Below, one piece after another: positions 16,926 to 20,108 of a stretch of 20,108 nt of DNA (its first letter is position 1; each line of letters starts with the position of its first letter). This DNA is from Pseudobdellovibrionaceae bacterium (lineage in GTDB: Bacteria; Bdellovibrionota; Bdellovibrionia; Bdellovibrionales; Bdellovibrionaceae). The stretch lies in NCBI GenBank assembly GCA_039810425.1, contig JBDHWW010000052.1, forward strand, positions 1 through 20,108. The letters run 5' to 3'. The notes under the pieces were generated by a model. It was not told where the DNA came from. It made no database searches and was given only the letters and a program-made list of their open reading frames with translations. The translations under genes were made by a program, and so were the position numbers.

Positions 16926-17963
16926 GTGGCAAAGAAAATATACTGCCCCAACATTGCCTGCTCTCAACACTTAAATCCTAAACCAGAAAACCTGATCAAG
17001 AAAGGTCTGGCCCCGGGATTTCAGGGTAAAACCTATCAAAGATTTCTTTGTAAGGTCTGTGGCTACAAGTTCAATGAACGACAACTGAATTGGGACTCCA
17101 CCTTCCGCAAGCCCAACCGCCAACAACTGCTCACCGAAACTAATACCCGCTACACTACGGGAGCCAGTGTTAATGAACTACGAGATGATCTGGAAGTTCA
17201 TAAGTGGCTTATCTTTAAAAACATCGCCTTCACTGCCAAAAAAATCCTCCTCTACCAAAACTACCTGATTGATAGCGGGCAGTTTAAATCCAACAACATC
17301 GTCTTTGATGAAATGGAACACCATATTCACGGCAAGCATTTTCCCGTCTCCATCGGGATCGCTTACTGTGGAGACACCCAGAGAATTATCGCTATTGGAG
17401 TGGGCGACTTGCTGGCCAAGGGTCGCTTACGGCGAAAAGTGATTCGCCTTGATAAACAAGGAAAGATTAAACTCACCAAAAAGTTTTGGAACCGCAAAAA
17501 CACTTCCGCTCAAATGTGCCGGGATATTTTTATGGTAATTGCGAAGTGTTTAGGTAAGGCCCCACACATTACCACCGACAAGAAAAAGGCTTACCTCACT
17601 TATATGCGGAATTTCTTACCCACGGCTCAACATCATCAGGTGTTAAGTTATGCTTCACGGCTGAAGAAGAAAGATCCCACCAAAAGGACTTATACCAAGA
17701 GACAGAAACTTGCTCCCGCAGGGCCAGAGCAGAAGAAAGCCTTGAACCAATTAAACTCGCTTCACAGTAAGATCCGCAAAGTTCAAGGTTTGGGGAGAAG
17801 AGACCAGACCACTTTTAAAACTAATCAGGGAATGCTCAATGCCCTCTATCTTTTTTTGGCCACCTACAACGGCTATGACTTGAATGCGGTCCTCAAGTTC
17901 AAGGTGCCTCGTAGCAGCAAGCCGAAGAAAAAATCCGCCAAGAAAATTAAGCGGAAGCCGTAG
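16926..17963 (+). mobile_element. IS1-family-like transposase as a single fused InsAB-type ORF, apparent D-D-N triad; no terminal inverted repeats found
   Basis: Zn ribbon CPNIAC...QRFLCKVCGYKF; HTH-like GASVNELRDDLEVHKWLI; VFDEME; ITTDKKKAY; LNSLHSKIR followed by an IS1-like tail GLGRRDQTTFKT...LYLFLATYN. GTG 16926 is preferred because the ORF-track start at 16905 overlaps the -10 box. Confidence 0.75.
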
Positions 17964-19923
17964 CCTGATTTAACGAATCACTTTGACGAGTCAATTCTGA
18001 GGAAAACTTTTCCCTAATCACGACGGTTCCCAACTGATGAACAAGTTGTTTCATTGTTTCTCTCATTTCATCAACGGCTTGTTGATCTTTCTTTTTCTTA
18101 TCCTTGATTCCTTTGTAAATGCCATAAGCCAGCTTGAAGCCAACATTTATAGCAGTTCCACCAGGAACCATTGATAAACCAAGAGCGACCAACTCTTTCC
18201 CTTTGTCTGTATCTGCTAAAGTTTTAGCAGAATCCTTGACGATGGAGCCGAACGGTTTCAGTTGAGCAACTCTCATTTTTGTAAGTTGGCCATTGATTTC
18301 CTGCCAAGTATCAAGACGATCATGCGAGTTCGAGAAAATGTCCTCTAAAGACATCTCACTAAGAACATCCTTTACTCGTTCAGTGAATTTTTCCTCTGTA
18401 TAAACCTCTATGAAGTTTTCAATTTCGGATTCTGAATTGAACGGGAAGTTAGACATAATTTTATCGCTCAAACTTGTTGGGAGTTGGTATTGAGTCATAC
18501 TTCCCAGCAGGCGATTGATATTGTCCTGAGCCCGTCGTCTTTCTTCCTCTTTTTCTTGTTGTCTTAATCTTCCAAGAAGACTTTTATACTTAGTTTCAAT
18601 TTCACGAACATCATTTGAAGCCGTTAAGTAGTCCCGGCTGAGATCACTTAAAATGGTTAGCTCTAAATCATTCATAAAGGCTTGAATAGAGCGAACGAAA
18701 TAGATGACAACCATATCGGTATCTTCTTTAGGAATACCTTGAAGGGCCTCAATCCTTTTATTGATCCCGAAATATGAGTCTTCAATTTCCTTATTTAACT
18801 GCTTTTTAATTTCACCACTTTTTTCGTTTCTTGCGGAGATAAACCTTTTGAAAAGAATCGCAGGAAGTTCAGAAGACAACCGTCTTCTTTCATCCAAGGC
18901 AGTGCTATAATCCACAATCGTAGCCTCTGCGACGGAGTTCAGTTTTCGGTATTCAAGGAGTCCATCACTATCTAATTCATGCAACAAGATTTTTCGTTTA
19001 TCTTCTAAAGCAATGATGGTGTCGTTAATTTCTTGAATTATATGTCCAAACTGCCTCCGAGAATCATCAACTTTCTGCTCCAACATTCTTGGAAAGACTT
19101 TGCTATTGGCTTCCGATGCGAGGTAAAATATTTTCTCCCTTACTCTTGCCTTAAAATCATTCATTGCCTCTTGTATTTTGGGATCTGCTTCAACTTCTTC
19201 TAACCAGCCAAAATGATTTTTAATCGACGAGATAACTTCTTTCTCAAATAGTTCAATATCATCTGTTGAGTCTATGTCGTTTGATATGATATTCGTGTAT
19301 TCTTTTACCGACTCTCTAACTCTTGCTTGAAGAGTAGATTCATCATCGTTTAGTGATTCAAATATTTTATACTCAACAAAGTGAAAGTATTTAGTGATTG
19401 ATTCTTCGGTGAAGTGAATACTCTGGGAGTTGGTAAGTCGCATATAATTATCAATGTATTGTTCAAGGATTGTAGGATCTCCCCCGGCCTCCTCGCAAAA
19501 AACTTTGATAATTCGGTTGGTAAGAAATATTTCGATAATTCCGTATTCAAACTTATTTTTAAACTCCGCTTTGAATTTTAAAAAATCGGAGTCGAAAGTC
19601 CCGACACCATTTTCAATCCCTTTCTTGATCATAGTCTGTAATTGCCCAACTAACTGATTGAACTCATCAGGTTTGGCTTTCTCTATATCAATGATCATTT
19701 TTGACTCATACTCAGAGATTCGTCTGAGTTCTTCTACCAGGTGATTATTCAGTTGCTCCACCAGTCGTTTTTCTGTTTTTCCAGTTTGGATAAGTTGCTT
19801 TAGACTCTCCAAATTTTGTTCGTATTCACGACCTTTGCTGTTCATTTTCTCGGATAATTCATCCAAGTATGATTTTACGACCCCAATATAAGCCTTTGCG
19901 AATCTACTGTTTTCTGAGTTCAT
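17947..19923 (-). CDS. 658-aa hypothetical protein, predicted largely alpha-helical/coiled-coil, with a C-terminal hydrophobic hairpin-like segment
   Basis: Long AT-rich ORF. Strong SD AAAGGAG upstream of ATG 19923, preferred over the ORF-track start at 20079. E/K/I/L-rich composition; segment LVALGLSMVPGGTAINVGFKLAYGIY followed by KGIKDKKKK. Confidence 0.85.
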   Translation of the reverse strand: MNSENSRFAKAYIGVVKSYLDELSEKMNSKGREYEQNLESLKQLIQTGKTEKRLVEQLNNHLVEELRRISEYESKMIIDIEKAKPDEFNQLVGQLQTMIKKGIENGVGTFDSDFLKFKAEFKNKFEYGIIEIFLTNRIIKVFCEEAGGDPTILEQYIDNYMRLTNSQSIHFTEESITKYFHFVEYKIFESLNDDESTLQARVRESVKEYTNIISNDIDSTDDIELFEKEVISSIKNHFGWLEEVEADPKIQEAMNDFKARVREKIFYLASEANSKVFPRMLEQKVDDSRRQFGHIIQEINDTIIALEDKRKILLHELDSDGLLEYRKLNSVAEATIVDYSTALDERRRLSSELPAILFKRFISARNEKSGEIKKQLNKEIEDSYFGINKRIEALQGIPKEDTDMVVIYFVRSIQAFMNDLELTILSDLSRDYLTASNDVREIETKYKSLLGRLRQQEKEEERRRAQDNINRLLGSMTQYQLPTSLSDKIMSNFPFNSESEIENFIEVYTEEKFTERVKDVLSEMSLEDIFSNSHDRLDTWQEINGQLTKMRVAQLKPFGSIVKDSAKTLADTDKGKELVALGLSMVPGGTAINVGFKLAYGIYKGIKDKKKKDQQAVDEMRETMKQLVHQLGTVVIREKFSSELTRQSDSLNQATASA

Positions 19924-19930
19924 TTCGTCG

Positions 19931-19948
19931 TCTCCTTTAGTGAGGAGA
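19931..19948 (-). promoter_or_regulatory. Shine-Dalgarno-sequestering hairpin
   Basis: Minus-strand RNA UCUCCU-CACUAA-AGGAGA: a 6-bp stem whose 3' arm is the SD of the 658-aa ORF. Confidence 0.5.
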
Positions 19949-19959
19949 TAAATGGAAGA

Positions 19960-19985
19960 AACACAAAATCGGGTGATTTTGTGCC
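19960..19985 (-). terminator. Terminator-like hairpin or palindromic operator upstream of the 658-aa ORF
   Basis: Perfect 9-bp inverted repeat CACAAAATC-N4-GATTTTGTG (19962-19983). In minus-strand RNA it extends by two G-U pairs and is followed by a pyrimidine-rich run. Confidence 0.4.
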
Positions 19986-20108
19986 AAAAGGCTAAAAGAC
20001 TGGATTTAGTTTTGGTAAGGAACGGTTTGATCTTCGTAAGCGCCCCATGACACCTTTTTGCCGACATTCGTAAATCCACGTAGTTTGAACCTAACTAGGA
20101 GGTTCAGC

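Noticed and set aside
19924..20079. 52-aa N-terminal extension of the 710-aa ORF
   Set aside because: A strong SD precedes ATG 19923, and the extension has different composition and covers the palindromic leader.
1..20108. CRISPR array, tRNA or rRNA genes
   Set aside because: No regularly spaced repeats or cloverleaf/rRNA signatures seen; intergenic gaps are all short.

Overview
Bacterial chromosomal window. Gene content and order suggest a Bdellovibrionota-like organism (inference, not verified). Bases ~240-16800 look like core genome: an exported GH3/NagZ-type glycosidase, an outer-membrane beta-barrel, mfd, a complex I cluster holding only the membrane-arm genes (nuoA-H-J-K-L-M-N), a patatin-like lipase, an HTH plus coiled-coil protein and two small exported/membrane proteins. 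From ~16805 the DNA becomes visibly more AT-rich. This part holds a single-ORF IS1-like transposase whose third catalytic position appears to be Asn (D-D-N), with no room for its own right end. It overlaps tail-to-tail with a 658-aa, largely helical protein that I cannot assign, whose 5' leader contains several inverted repeats, including one that sequesters the Shine-Dalgarno. This right-hand module is the best candidate for an undescribed system. All family assignments come from motif recognition by eye; no searches were run.
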